This document shows positions 46,480-56,163 of a stretch of 64,000 bases of DNA, piece after piece. Source of the DNA: a virus; the IMG/VR virus record IMGVR_UViG_3300021425_000029, positions 3,266 to 67,265 of that record. One strand, 5' to 3'. The notes below the pieces were generated by a model. It worked only from the letters and a program-made list of their open reading frames with translations. It was not told the DNA's origin and made no database searches. Position 1 is the first letter of the stretch. Each line of letters opens with the position of its first letter. A program made the position numbers and the translations under genes.

Positions 46480-47466
46480 ATGACTACAGTCGTAAAATCT
46501 ACGCACATCAGTGCAAAACTAATTCAATCAGAAGGTGCTACATTCGTAGACTACATCGAGATTGACCCCCAAGACATCTATGTTTCTAAAACCGACTTGT
46601 CGGGCACTACAGGAAACAATCCCACACGATTTGCTTTAGACATGGGTAATGTCCAAGCACTTGCACAATCCTTCAAACAAAGTGGTCAAGACCTTTCATG
46701 TTCCACTATGGTTGTGGAGAAGTTGCCCAAACCAATCAAGGATTTTGACACAAACCGAGTCTATTCCTACCGATTGGTCACAGGAGCGCATCGTCATGCA
46801 GCAATGACTTCTATTAAGATGGATAAGGTGATTGTTGCATTGTATGAGTTTGAGAACCGTGAAGCTCAACTTAGATTTCAGTTAGTTGAAAACAATCACG
46901 CACCGAGCAAGGCATCTACTGCCGATGATCTTTGTAATGCACTGTGTTATGCAGTGCATCAGGGTTTCATTAGAAAGGATCGCAAAGCGATGGAATCTTA
47001 CCTTGCACCAATGAATAAGATTCATGGTAACACCAAGAATAAAGCGATAGCAATGGCATTAAGAGAAACTGGTGCATATCAAGACTATCACATATATACT
47101 CCCCAAGATGTGAAAGATTGGACAGCATCTAATGGTTTTGTTACAAGTGGTAAACTTGATAATAATCGCAATCAGGCTGGATGGTCTGTTAAAGAGGGGT
47201 ATGAGTATGAGTTCTTGATGAGTGCTATCAAGAAATATAGTGAGGAAGAACTGGAAAGTTATTTTGTCTGTCACGCCAAAGCACCAACAGAGAAAAAGTC
47301 TCTTGATGAAAAGCGTGATGGTATGACTTCGGAGTTTCGTAAACTAGAGAAGGCACTTGATAATGTATTTGAATACAAACGAAACAACGGCAAGTATCCT
47401 TGGTATGTGCTGGGTTTCTTACCACAAGATAATGGAAAGAAAGAAAATACCTTGATTGACGCTTGA
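46480..47466 (+). CDS. ParB/Srx-like domain protein
   Basis: NPTR, LAQSFKQSG, YRLVTGAHRHAA (GxHR), QLVENN. Confidence 0.7.
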   Translation: MTTVVKSTHISAKLIQSEGATFVDYIEIDPQDIYVSKTDLSGTTGNNPTRFALDMGNVQALAQSFKQSGQDLSCSTMVVEKLPKPIKDFDTNRVYSYRLVTGAHRHAAMTSIKMDKVIVALYEFENREAQLRFQLVENNHAPSKASTADDLCNALCYAVHQGFIRKDRKAMESYLAPMNKIHGNTKNKAIAMALRETGAYQDYHIYTPQDVKDWTASNGFVTSGKLDNNRNQAGWSVKEGYEYEFLMSAIKKYSEEELESYFVCHAKAPTEKKSLDEKRDGMTSEFRKLEKALDNVFEYKRNNGKYPWYVLGFLPQDNGKKENTLIDA

Positions 47467-47491
47467 CTTTCTCTGTTTAGTGTGTTACTAT
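47463..47491 (+). promoter_or_regulatory. Sigma70 promoter for the tRNA
   Basis: TTGACT-17-TACTAT. Confidence 0.7.
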
Positions 47492-47502
47492 ATAAAAACA
47501 AT

Positions 47503-47574
47503 GCGGAGTTAGTATAATGATTACATTAGGTGTCCAACCTAAAGATGGAGGTTCAAGTCCTCTGCTCCGCTCCA
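47503..47574 (+). tRNA. tRNA-Gly(TCC), atypical
   Basis: Acceptor GCGGAGT/GCTCCGC, U73, encoded CCA, anticodon arm TTAGG-TGTCCAA-CCTAA, T arm GGAGG-TTCAAGT-CCTCT; short D loop, G33. Confidence 0.85.
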
Positions 47575-47589
47575 ATTTTTTTACCTTTA

Positions 47590-47611
47590 CCCCGCTTCTG
47601 CGGGGTTTTTT
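47590..47611 (+). terminator. Intrinsic terminator after the tRNA
   Basis: CCCCGC-TTCT-GCGGGG plus T run. Confidence 0.85.
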
Positions 47612-47625
47612 AAGACAGATGTGAA

Positions 47626-48282
47626 ATGAAAACCAGACTCTTAGTTGATTGTATCGAAACAGACCAGTTTACTCTGGGTGTGTTGGGGAGGTCTGGCACA
47701 AGAAGTTTTGCGGATTACATCACTAGGTACTACATGGATTTTGTGTGGGAACTCCGCAAACGAGTACATCTAGGACTCGAATCCGCTCCAAAAAGAGAAC
47801 CGTCCCATCACCAATATTCGGTTACAGATATTGATACCTTCAACTCTATACCAAATAAGATTATGGTAGTGCGTGACCCAATAGACAGGGCAAAAAGTGG
47901 TATTGCTGTCAATTTCAATCCAGACTTTCATGGCAAACCGACTTTGCAATATATCGATTGGGACATGATTGATTATATCATTCCTTTCGAGGATATTAGT
48001 AACAAGTATCTAAATGGTTTTAATCATAATGTTGGGATAACACATGAAGCCGAAAGTTCGGTGGTCAAGGAAGTGGATCGGGTTATGAGTGAATCTGATC
48101 CTAAACAGGAAGGTGTATACTGGACAACTTGGTCACTTGATGACTTTGATTTCACACGAGAGATTGAAACCTACAATCTTGTTCTTAAAACAAAAGAGAA
48201 GTTACCCCCCTCACTATGGATTGAGTTACTAAGCAAGGTAACCGCCTGTAATATCCCATCCAAACATCTATTAAAGTGGTAG
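47626..48282 (+). CDS. Sulfotransferase-like protein
   Basis: GRSGTRS (5'-PSB-like) and VVRDPIDRAKS (3'-PB-like) motifs. Confidence 0.55.
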   Translation: MKTRLLVDCIETDQFTLGVLGRSGTRSFADYITRYYMDFVWELRKRVHLGLESAPKREPSHHQYSVTDIDTFNSIPNKIMVVRDPIDRAKSGIAVNFNPDFHGKPTLQYIDWDMIDYIIPFEDISNKYLNGFNHNVGITHEAESSVVKEVDRVMSESDPKQEGVYWTTWSLDDFDFTREIETYNLVLKTKEKLPPSLWIELLSKVTACNIPSKHLLKW

Positions 48283-48284
48283 AC

Positions 48285-48313
48285 AAAAAAAGGGAGACCC
48301 GAAAGTCTCCCTT
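48285..48313. terminator. Terminator between convergent gp23 and the plus-strand island
   Basis: AAGGGAGAC/GTCTCCCTT hairpin; the adjacent A run gives a U tail on the minus strand. Confidence 0.8.
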
Positions 48314-48355
48314 AAAATATGGTGAGTTAACCTCACTCTTATTTTTATACCAATC

Positions 48356-49669
48356 TTAGGTCAAGATGTTAGTCACCTTGAAGATACGGTAGTACTGGTT
48401 AGTCTTAGCAGTAGCAAGACCGTCAGAAGGTGTAGAACCAACAAATGGGTTTGAAGCCATTCCGTAACGAGTTTTAAACCCGATGCGAGGTTGGAAGTCA
48501 TCTTCACCAACTGCTTTAACCATTTGCAGAGGAACATATGGGCAGTAGAATACACCACTGTCATATGGGTTCTGACCTTTATAACCAACAGTGATGTAAT
48601 CAGTGTTAGCATAAGGATCGATGTATACACGGATACGACCGTTCAATACACCAGCAAAAGTGTTACCAGTATCGTCAACCTGAAGGTTGTTGTTGATAGC
48701 AGGACTGTAGTCCAAAGAACCAGCAGCAGCAAGAGCAGTAGCAACATCTGAAGAACAGATTACAACATTACCTTTACCACGGCGAGTCTCTTTAGCAATT
48801 ACATTACACTCACGGTCAATCTGAACAGTCAGACCTTTGAACTTCTCAGCAGACCAACGACCATCAGTATCAGAACTCATGTTGAAGATACCTTTGGCAG
48901 TTACATTAGACTGTTGAGCACCAGTTTTCGCCTGAGAGTTAACAGTACGAATAACTTCACGGTTGATTTCTGCAAGAATCTCAGTTGACAGAATGTTTGC
49001 CAACTCAGTTTCAGCGTCCAGACCGTGGATCGCTTTAAGGTCTTGAGCAAGTTCAAGAGTGTATTCTGCTTTCAAAGCACGAGACTTAGCAGTAACAGTT
49101 TGACGCTCAATGGTGAAACCCATTTCGTTGAAAGAAGAACCACCAGTACGACCAAGTGCTTCAGCATCAGCAGTAGGCATACCACCAGCGGCAAGAGAAG
49201 TCAAACGACCTCCTTCACTGTCAACACCGTTCCAACCAGAAGCGTTATCTGAATCGTGAGTACCAGAACTGTCACCAGAGAACTGAGTTTCAGCTTCGTT
49301 GAACAGTGCTTCACGGTTAGAAGTAGAACCACCTTGGTAACGAGACTTCATAGCGAAGATCAAACCAGTTGGGCCATTCATAGGTTGAACACCACACACA
49401 TCATAAGCGATGAGGTTAGGCATTGCACGGCGAACCAGTGAAATCAATACTGGGTCAAAGTTGTTTACTGAACCAGTGTTGTTCGCACCAGCAGCAGCGT
49501 TTTCGGAAAGGAAACCCTGAGAAGCAGAACGCTCTTCAGCGATTGCTTTTTCTTGGTTTTCTAGGATTGCAGCGGTAACTGCACGGCGGTGATTGTCTTG
49601 GATCACGCCAGCAGACTCTTCGTTAAGAACGGGAGCCCACTTTTCGATTAAACTATCGTAAGATTGCAT
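48356..49669 (-). CDS. gp23: Major capsid protein (gp23)
   Basis: KWAPVL, LENQE, GVQPMNGPTGLIFAM, SRALKAEYT, YCPYVPL. Confidence 0.98.
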   Translation of the reverse strand: MQSYDSLIEKWAPVLNEESAGVIQDNHRRAVTAAILENQEKAIAEERSASQGFLSENAAAGANNTGSVNNFDPVLISLVRRAMPNLIAYDVCGVQPMNGPTGLIFAMKSRYQGGSTSNREALFNEAETQFSGDSSGTHDSDNASGWNGVDSEGGRLTSLAAGGMPTADAEALGRTGGSSFNEMGFTIERQTVTAKSRALKAEYTLELAQDLKAIHGLDAETELANILSTEILAEINREVIRTVNSQAKTGAQQSNVTAKGIFNMSSDTDGRWSAEKFKGLTVQIDRECNVIAKETRRGKGNVVICSSDVATALAAAGSLDYSPAINNNLQVDDTGNTFAGVLNGRIRVYIDPYANTDYITVGYKGQNPYDSGVFYCPYVPLQMVKAVGEDDFQPRIGFKTRYGMASNPFVGSTPSDGLATAKTNQYYRIFKVTNILT

Positions 49670-49684
49670 TTGAAAATTCCTTAA

Positions 49685-50740
49685 TTATCTTTTAGGGGTT
49701 GTTTTGCGAATAGTTTGGAGGTAGGATTCCATCACAGATGATACTTCGACAGTACTGTCAGCATCTTCTACGATCTGTTCTACTTCTTCACCATCAGTTA
49801 CTTCTTTGGTGAAGTACGACTCGACAACAGTTTTAACTTTAGAGGCGAATTGATCTTCGTCTTCAAAGTCAATGTCTTCTACGAGTGACTTCAGTTTAAC
49901 TACTTGAGTCTCAGCAAGGTCACGAGACGATTCACGAATAATCGTTTCACGCTTGTAAACTTCTAGTTCTTCAGTAGTATCAATTACTTTCTGAGTAGTT
50001 TCGTTGAGTTTTGTTTCCAACTCTTCAACGGACTCAGCAAGTTCGTCAACTAGGTCAACTTTGGATTCGGGAACTTCAATGTAAGACTCTGTAAACAGGT
50101 CTTTCATTTTGTCCATGAAAGTCTCGGCAATTTCAGTACGGAGACCGTTCTGGATTGCAACTTGATTTTCTTCCATCCAAGATTCAACTACATAGTTCAG
50201 GTAGCTGTCTACTTTCTCTACAAGGTCTGCCTTCGTAGAAGAGATTTCTTCTGCGAGTTCTTCCTTGTACTGTGCTTCGATACGATCTACTTCTTCAGAT
50301 AGTTTCGATTTCACAGCTGCTTCAAAAATTACTGCGGTTTTGGCCTTAAACTCATCACTGAGAGTGGCTTCAGACTCGACTAATGCATCCAGTTCAGCAG
50401 CAGTGTCAACAGTCGTTTCCACGATTGCATCTTCTTCTACTTCAACATCTTCGCCCATCATTTTACCGTATTGTGCTTGAAGGTCTGCCTTTTTCATGGC
50501 GTGTAACTTCATGCTCATAGCATTGATCATGCCCGCTTTAGTTTTTGGTGCAGGAGCTTGTTTCGCTTTGGTAGCGTCTGCTGCTTTATCTACAGATGCA
50601 ATTGACTCATCTTCGTCAGTTGCATTTGCATCAGGTTTCCCTTTAGGAGCAGGAGCGCTTCCTTCTTCGAGAGTTTCTTCCACAATGTCGTTAATGTCTT
50701 CATCGTGAAGTTCAACTTCGACTTTAGTTTCTTCAGTCAT
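49685..50740 (-). CDS. gp22: Prohead core scaffold (gp22)
   Basis: LSDEFKAK..IFEAAV, VDSYLNYVVESW. Confidence 0.93.
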   Translation of the reverse strand: MTEETKVEVELHDEDINDIVEETLEEGSAPAPKGKPDANATDEDESIASVDKAADATKAKQAPAPKTKAGMINAMSMKLHAMKKADLQAQYGKMMGEDVEVEEDAIVETTVDTAAELDALVESEATLSDEFKAKTAVIFEAAVKSKLSEEVDRIEAQYKEELAEEISSTKADLVEKVDSYLNYVVESWMEENQVAIQNGLRTEIAETFMDKMKDLFTESYIEVPESKVDLVDELAESVEELETKLNETTQKVIDTTEELEVYKRETIIRESSRDLAETQVVKLKSLVEDIDFEDEDQFASKVKTVVESYFTKEVTDGEEVEQIVEDADSTVEVSSVMESYLQTIRKTTPKR

Positions 50741-50750
50741 AATTGACTCC

Positions 50751-51413
50751 TTACATATTAGATTTAATTAACGAGAGGAAATTTTTGAACTCTCGAACAC
50801 TTGTCTCATATAAGACAGTTTTCGGAGCAGTTTTAATTTCAGTCTCCATTTCTTCAATTACTTGAGGACACAAAACACCGTTATTCCAAACCCAGTCTAC
50901 ACCTTCCATTATACCATTAACAAATGCTTCAGGTGCGCTAGGGTCTTGTACGATGTCAACCGTACTAAGAATAAAGTCGTCTTTCACGACCATTGCGCCA
51001 TTTCGTTGCTCAAGACTACCCATACCACGAGTTGACACTCCTAGTTGGACACCACCATCAAGAAGACCTTTAACAATCTTACCCATTGGAGTTTCCAATA
51101 TTTGTGCCTTTCCTACCACATCATTTCCCTCAAACTTGAGGTCGGTGATGAGGTGAGAAACTTTGTCTAAGTTAACTGTCGGCCCTTCGGGGTGGTTTAG
51201 TTCCCCTACTGCCCGTTTCTTAGATACTTGTTCTGTTACATACTTGTTTACCGCATTCTCCATAATGGCCTTGGGGTAAACTCGTCCGTTTCTATTCTTT
51301 TTGTCTGCCTGTGCGAAAACACCTTCGATGATATAGTTCTTATCACCATTCTCTTTCTTCTCTACGATACACTGTAGAGTGTCGTTTTCGGTAAACTCTG
51401 TGATCAACTTCAT
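50751..51413 (-). CDS. gp21: Prohead protease (gp21)
   Basis: NRNGRVY, GELNHP, GVSTRGMGS, DPSAP. Confidence 0.96.
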   Translation of the reverse strand: MKLITEFTENDTLQCIVEKKENGDKNYIIEGVFAQADKKNRNGRVYPKAIMENAVNKYVTEQVSKKRAVGELNHPEGPTVNLDKVSHLITDLKFEGNDVVGKAQILETPMGKIVKGLLDGGVQLGVSTRGMGSLEQRNGAMVVKDDFILSTVDIVQDPSAPEAFVNGIMEGVDWVWNNGVLCPQVIEEMETEIKTAPKTVLYETSVREFKNFLSLIKSNM

Positions 51414-51628
51414 TAGGTTAATTCCTTTATTACTTTTTCCGCAGACTTCTCTGCATCCTTTAGTGACTTGAAAGCGTCCAGTCGGTCACCATCAATATAC
51501 ACCACAAAAGGAAGTGTTCCCTTCTCCTTTACTATAAGGACAGGGATACGCTTAATCTTCTTATCAAAGACTACTTCACCTTTCGGTTTCTTTTTGAGTT
51601 CAGACAGAAGTGTTTTGAAACTTTTCAT
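51413..51628 (-). CDS. Small head protein (gp68-like position)
   Basis: MKSFKTLLSE targeting-like N-terminus; late promoter at 51634-51641. Confidence 0.6.
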   Translation of the reverse strand: MKSFKTLLSELKKKPKGEVVFDKKIKRIPVLIVKEKGTLPFVVYIDGDRLDAFKSLKDAEKSAEKVIKELT

Positions 51629-51633
51629 AGTAT

Positions 51634-51641
51634 TATTTATA
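51634..51641 (-). promoter_or_regulatory. Late promoter TATAAATA
   Basis: Exact motif 5 nt before the ATG at 51628. Confidence 0.8.
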
Positions 51642-51661
51642 CAAATTTATTTTTTCAAACA

Positions 51662-51916
51662 CTAAAATAACCAAGTTTCCATACCACTAAACCAAGGCAT
51701 AACGGAATCTGCTATCGATGTTACCACCCAATCTGTTAGTGGAGCCGGAAAGTGTTCGGGGAAGAAAAGCAATAAGATAGTATTAACGACAACTACTTTT
51801 ATCATTGTCGCAACAAAAATTAACTTCAAAACAGCTATCGGTGTTACTTTCCTCTCTCCTCGTATCATCTGTGCTAGAGGAAATTGCCACTTTCCATTCT
51901 CAATAAATTTTGACAT
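51662..51916 (-). CDS. Membrane protein inserted in the head cluster
   Basis: 84 aa, long hydrophobic segment, TAATG coupling. Confidence 0.55.
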   Translation of the reverse strand: MSKFIENGKWQFPLAQMIRGERKVTPIAVLKLIFVATMIKVVVVNTILLLFFPEHFPAPLTDWVVTSIADSVMPWFSGMETWLF

Positions 51917-52203
51917 TATTCATCTTCATCATCGTCAAGTTCAGCAATGACTTCTTCCTCGTCATCCTCAACTTCTTCTTCGTCTTCTAATTCAATCTCT
52001 TCTTCTTCGACTTCGATATCATCATCTTGATCGTTAAATAGAGCCTGTGCAACTGCGACTTTCTGTGCTTCTAGTGCATCTGCCATCTTGTCTTGTATAA
52101 GACTCTGGAATGAACCTTCTGCATTATTCAAATCACCATCAGTGATCTGATTGATTAATTGTTCTACCGCAGATACTTCAACTTCTTGATTTTCTTCACT
52201 CAT
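51916..52203 (-). CDS. Prohead core protein (gp67-like)
   Basis: Very acidic C-terminus, directly after the portal. Confidence 0.7.
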   Translation of the reverse strand: MSEENQEVEVSAVEQLINQITDGDLNNAEGSFQSLIQDKMADALEAQKVAVAQALFNDQDDDIEVEEEEIELEDEEEVEDDEEEVIAELDDDEDE

Positions 52204-53708
52204 TAGATTTCCTCATCTTCGTCTTGGACTGAGTTCTCGCCCTCAACTTGTTTCTTCATTTCTTCGATGTCCTCATCAGACATCATCATTACATTTTTCA
52301 TTGCCCACTCTCGTGAGAAATACTCACCAACATACTGAGATACTTGGTCAAGAGTTTGCAGTCTGTTCTGTAACAGTTCCGCATTCTTTAATTCAGTAAA
52401 GTGGTTGTCTCGCTGGAAGTCTACTGTGACAAAACTCTTCCACTCTTCCCAATCCTGTTCGGTGATAACACCTTTCAAGATTAGTTGTTTCTTGAGAATA
52501 CCAGTAAACAAAGTAGCGAAACGTTTACGGAGTCTGTCAATGAACTTCTGGAACTTCACTTCGTCCCTAGAAATCTCAGTTGACCTACCCAGCGTAAATT
52601 GTGCTTCCTGTTCCAAACGAGATACTGGTACATTCAATGAACGATACAGTCTCTTCTGGAAGTACAGGATATCATCAATCTGACCAAGATTCTCACCGCC
52701 TGGCAATGTACTTATCTCTGTACCACGACCACCTTCTCTACGAGGTAACCAGAAGTCTTCGAGCATGGACATATGTTTGCGGTCATCTTTTAGTTGTCCC
52801 GTGTTGGAATCGTAAACAATCTTATTACGATAACGAGACATGATTTCTTTCATATACGCTTCTGATTTATTACGAGGCATATTACCTACATCAATGTAGA
52901 ATATTCTTCGTTCAGGAGCACGAGCAAGACGGTAGATTACAAGTGAATCTTCCATCATGCGTAATTGGTTGATTGGTTTCAATGCCTTGTGTAAATAAGA
53001 CACAACCTGTTTCTTAGTCGGGTCTAATAGACCACTAGAAACATACGAAACACTATCGGGAGAAAGTCTTACACCTTGGTTAGTTCCTGCTTTCTCTTGA
53101 TAGATGTAAAATTCTTTTACCTGTTTAACTACCTTTGCACCAGTGACAGGGTCTTTCTCGTGTTTTACTTCTTTAACTTTACGAATCTTAGCGGCATCAA
53201 TCGTTCTGATTTCTTGGATACCCGCTTTAAGATTTGATTCATTCACTACGAGATGGTGATACACACGACCATCAACATAGAATGAACGGAATATGTCATG
53301 ACCAAGTTCGGTAAACTTCAACATACCATAGATGTTGTTGAACTCTTCGGTCATTTGTTTTTTGATATTGTCTGGAGCTTCTACTTTGTCCAGATTGAGT
53401 TCACAAGAGATATCCATCTCAGAACCAACAATTGCTTCGTTGACGATATCTTCTACAGCGGCATCAACTTCAGGGTGTGTTGCAACACCACGATATTTAA
53501 TAATAAGTTGTTGGTTATCCTTTGCCTTGTTTCCCTCCATGTCAATGTATTGACCATAGTGAGAACCACTAGCAGTAACATACCCCGCACCATCATCATC
53601 GGTGGGAGCAACGATAGACTTTAACTTGTCTTTCTCTTTCTCAGACTTTTCTTGTCTCTTGATTTCAAAACCAAAAAGTTTGAGAATGTTGTTGTCTTGT
53701 TCTGCCAT
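52203..53708 (-). CDS. gp20: Portal protein (gp20)
   Basis: NQLRMMEDSLVIYRLARAPERRIFYIDVGN, EDFWLPRREGG. Confidence 0.98.
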   Translation of the reverse strand: MAEQDNNILKLFGFEIKRQEKSEKEKDKLKSIVAPTDDDGAGYVTASGSHYGQYIDMEGNKAKDNQQLIIKYRGVATHPEVDAAVEDIVNEAIVGSEMDISCELNLDKVEAPDNIKKQMTEEFNNIYGMLKFTELGHDIFRSFYVDGRVYHHLVVNESNLKAGIQEIRTIDAAKIRKVKEVKHEKDPVTGAKVVKQVKEFYIYQEKAGTNQGVRLSPDSVSYVSSGLLDPTKKQVVSYLHKALKPINQLRMMEDSLVIYRLARAPERRIFYIDVGNMPRNKSEAYMKEIMSRYRNKIVYDSNTGQLKDDRKHMSMLEDFWLPRREGGRGTEISTLPGGENLGQIDDILYFQKRLYRSLNVPVSRLEQEAQFTLGRSTEISRDEVKFQKFIDRLRKRFATLFTGILKKQLILKGVITEQDWEEWKSFVTVDFQRDNHFTELKNAELLQNRLQTLDQVSQYVGEYFSREWAMKNVMMMSDEDIEEMKKQVEGENSVQDEDEEI

Positions 53709-53775
53709 ATACTTGCCTTATGCTTATAATAAAGAGGTAAGGGATTTCTCCCCTACCCCTCTATCTATAACTAGA

Positions 53776-54303
53776 TTAACTAGTTGTATTGCTTTCCCAG
53801 TACTGAATCTGAAAATCTACCGTAAACTCTTCAATAGCGTCTACAGTCTCATAACTTACATCAATCGCACTTACTGTTGTTGGGAAACAACCACGGAAGT
53901 TATAAGTCTTGAGAGTTTCACCATCTCTGTCCAACTGTTCAATAATCAGGTCTGCTTGGTAATCTACAGGATTACTCAGACCAGTATTGGCTTGGTGGGC
54001 ATTGATACCATTCATCCATCGTTCCATAGCATTACGGATTGCGAAATCAGTATCATTGATAATGGTTACTGTCCAAGGTTCGAATGTACGGTCTCCAGCC
54101 ATTTTCAACTGGCGACCACGGAAAGGAACTTCAAATACATTCATTACTGACGCTGGCAACTGAGCAGTCTTACAAAGGAAAGATGTAAGTTCTACATCTC
54201 CCCCAGCATAGCCTGGAAAGTTGACTGTCGCTTTAAAGAGATTAGGACGAGCGCCCCCACCTCTAAGTTTTGATTTAAAATCATCTACGCCTAAAATTGC
54301 CAT
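53776..54303 (-). CDS. gp19: Tail tube protein (gp19)
   Basis: GGARPNLF, FRGRQLKMAGDRTF, IEEFTV. Confidence 0.96.
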   Translation of the reverse strand: MAILGVDDFKSKLRGGGARPNLFKATVNFPGYAGGDVELTSFLCKTAQLPASVMNVFEVPFRGRQLKMAGDRTFEPWTVTIINDTDFAIRNAMERWMNGINAHQANTGLSNPVDYQADLIIEQLDRDGETLKTYNFRGCFPTTVSAIDVSYETVDAIEEFTVDFQIQYWESNTTS

Positions 54304-54316
54304 TTTTCCTTACTCC

Positions 54317-56092
54317 TTAAACTGTGCCAACTACTTCTTCAAACTCGACACCAGTTCTAACTGCAACAAAGTTCAATGTTACATAGTTGATAGAACGAGC
54401 GGGTTTGATGAAGATAGAAGCAATAAATTCATTACGGTCAACCACAGCAGGGGTATTGTTCGTTTCGTCACAGACTACACGGAAGTCGGTAATACCTCGT
54501 CTTCCCTGAATCTCACGAAGGAACGGTTCAACAATGTTAACGAATTCTGCACGAGTAAACTCGTCATTGAACTCAAACATTACATTGCGACCCGCAATTG
54601 CGATTGCTCTTTCAACACCCAAGAACAATCTACGAACATTGATTCTGTCAAATGCAGAAGGTCTTGATTCGTTAGTCTTGTCACCGAAGAGCATGATGCC
54701 TTCGCCTGGAATGTTTGCAATCGGGTTGATACCTACCTTGTATAATGCATCTCTTTCTGCCTTAGTTGGAGAAAGGACAATGTCGGTGATACCGAGATAT
54801 CTACCTCGTCTTGAACCAGCAGGAGAGAACCAAGGAGCAGCGACCAAGTCGGTTGCAGCCATGAGACCCGCAGTAGAAGAAGCGGCAGGAATCTTAATGT
54901 ACTTGTCATTATACTTGTCAAATACTTTAAGATAGTTATTGTCTTGAACTAGATACGAGGATTTAGTATATGTGTTATTACACGCAAGAACACCCGCATT
55001 TGTACCTACTGTGATTACAGCGTTACGAGAAGGTGAGGCAACTGCCACACAATCTTTACGAGTTGAACCCGCAATACTCACTAGGTCATTAACGACAGTG
55101 GTTGCGGTTGCATCTGCAATTGATTCTGGAGCGATCAAGAAATCTACTTCGATATTTTCTTTGTCTTCAAACTTGTCAAAACCACGAAGAACATCATCTG
55201 TTCCGAGTGATGCAGAAGTTATACCAGAGGTGAAAGACCAAGTGTTTTGAACTGAAGCAAATGTTTGTCCAGTAGCAAAATTCTCACCAGTTGTTGTTGC
55301 ATTTTCACCCCACTTCGGGCCAGCAAAGTCATTCACGCCATCTGAATCGCCAGCAAGGTGGAAGTCACCAGCATATATCCAACTAGAACGATTCTTCAAA
55401 ACATCTTTATAGTAGTTTGAAGTACCGTCAGATGCCTTTGCGTTTTTGGCAACAGATAGGTATGGGAAGGTTTCTAGCACTGTTCCGACAGTTCCAGAGA
55501 TGTCACCAGTTTCGTCAACGACTACAACATGAATTTCATCATTGGAAGCACCAAGATTAGAGGCGAATGCGGATGTGCTTGGAGCACCATCGAATTCGTC
55601 TTTATATGCCCAAGCGTTAAAGTCTGTGACGGCAGTACCAGAACTATCCGCAACACCCAAGATGGAAACTTTCAAAGCGTTTCCGATCTGGCCGGGATAC
55701 TTAGCGATGAACGCACCGTCAGAACTATCAAGAGATAGGTCTTCGAATGCATCAAGGTTGTTGATTGATTGTGCGGTCAAAGCACCGAGTGAAGTGTGGT
55801 TTGCGACAGCATTAACGCCATCACTATCCTGCTCACGAACAACATAGAGTGAGTTAGAATATCTTAAAAAATACGCTGCAGAATGAAAATCTACCGTATT
55901 ATCGTCAGTTGGTGCTGAGAAGGTACTCACTAGTCCAGATTCGTCTGAGACTAGAGTCGCAACTCCCACAGGCCCCCAACCGAAATTCCCCACGAATGCA
56001 CCAGTAGAAGTTTGAACATTGGGGACTACGCCCGTCAGATCAATTTCTTTTACTGTTACAGCGGGAGAAGCAGAGGGTGTAAAAAGAGCCAT
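54317..56092 (-). CDS. gp18: Tail sheath protein (gp18)
   Basis: SPAV..EIDLT, WGP, PWFSPAG, FDRINVRRLF, FEFND. Confidence 0.97.
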   Translation of the reverse strand: MALFTPSASPAVTVKEIDLTGVVPNVQTSTGAFVGNFGWGPVGVATLVSDESGLVSTFSAPTDDNTVDFHSAAYFLRYSNSLYVVREQDSDGVNAVANHTSLGALTAQSINNLDAFEDLSLDSSDGAFIAKYPGQIGNALKVSILGVADSSGTAVTDFNAWAYKDEFDGAPSTSAFASNLGASNDEIHVVVVDETGDISGTVGTVLETFPYLSVAKNAKASDGTSNYYKDVLKNRSSWIYAGDFHLAGDSDGVNDFAGPKWGENATTTGENFATGQTFASVQNTWSFTSGITSASLGTDDVLRGFDKFEDKENIEVDFLIAPESIADATATTVVNDLVSIAGSTRKDCVAVASPSRNAVITVGTNAGVLACNNTYTKSSYLVQDNNYLKVFDKYNDKYIKIPAASSTAGLMAATDLVAAPWFSPAGSRRGRYLGITDIVLSPTKAERDALYKVGINPIANIPGEGIMLFGDKTNESRPSAFDRINVRRLFLGVERAIAIAGRNVMFEFNDEFTRAEFVNIVEPFLREIQGRRGITDFRVVCDETNNTPAVVDRNEFIASIFIKPARSINYVTLNFVAVRTGVEFEEVVGTV

Positions 56093-56153
56093 AACTGTTT
56101 TCCTTTAGTTTCTAATTATAAGTTTTCATAATACGGTAATGTTCACATACTTT

Positions 56154-56161
56154 TATTTATA
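56154..56161 (-). promoter_or_regulatory. Late promoter TATAAATA
   Basis: Exact motif upstream of gp18. Confidence 0.75.
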
Positions 56162-56163
56162 CA

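Noticed and set aside
46480-47466. Plasmid-like ParABS partitioning or a temperate lifestyle
   Set aside because: No ParA, integrase or repressor in the window
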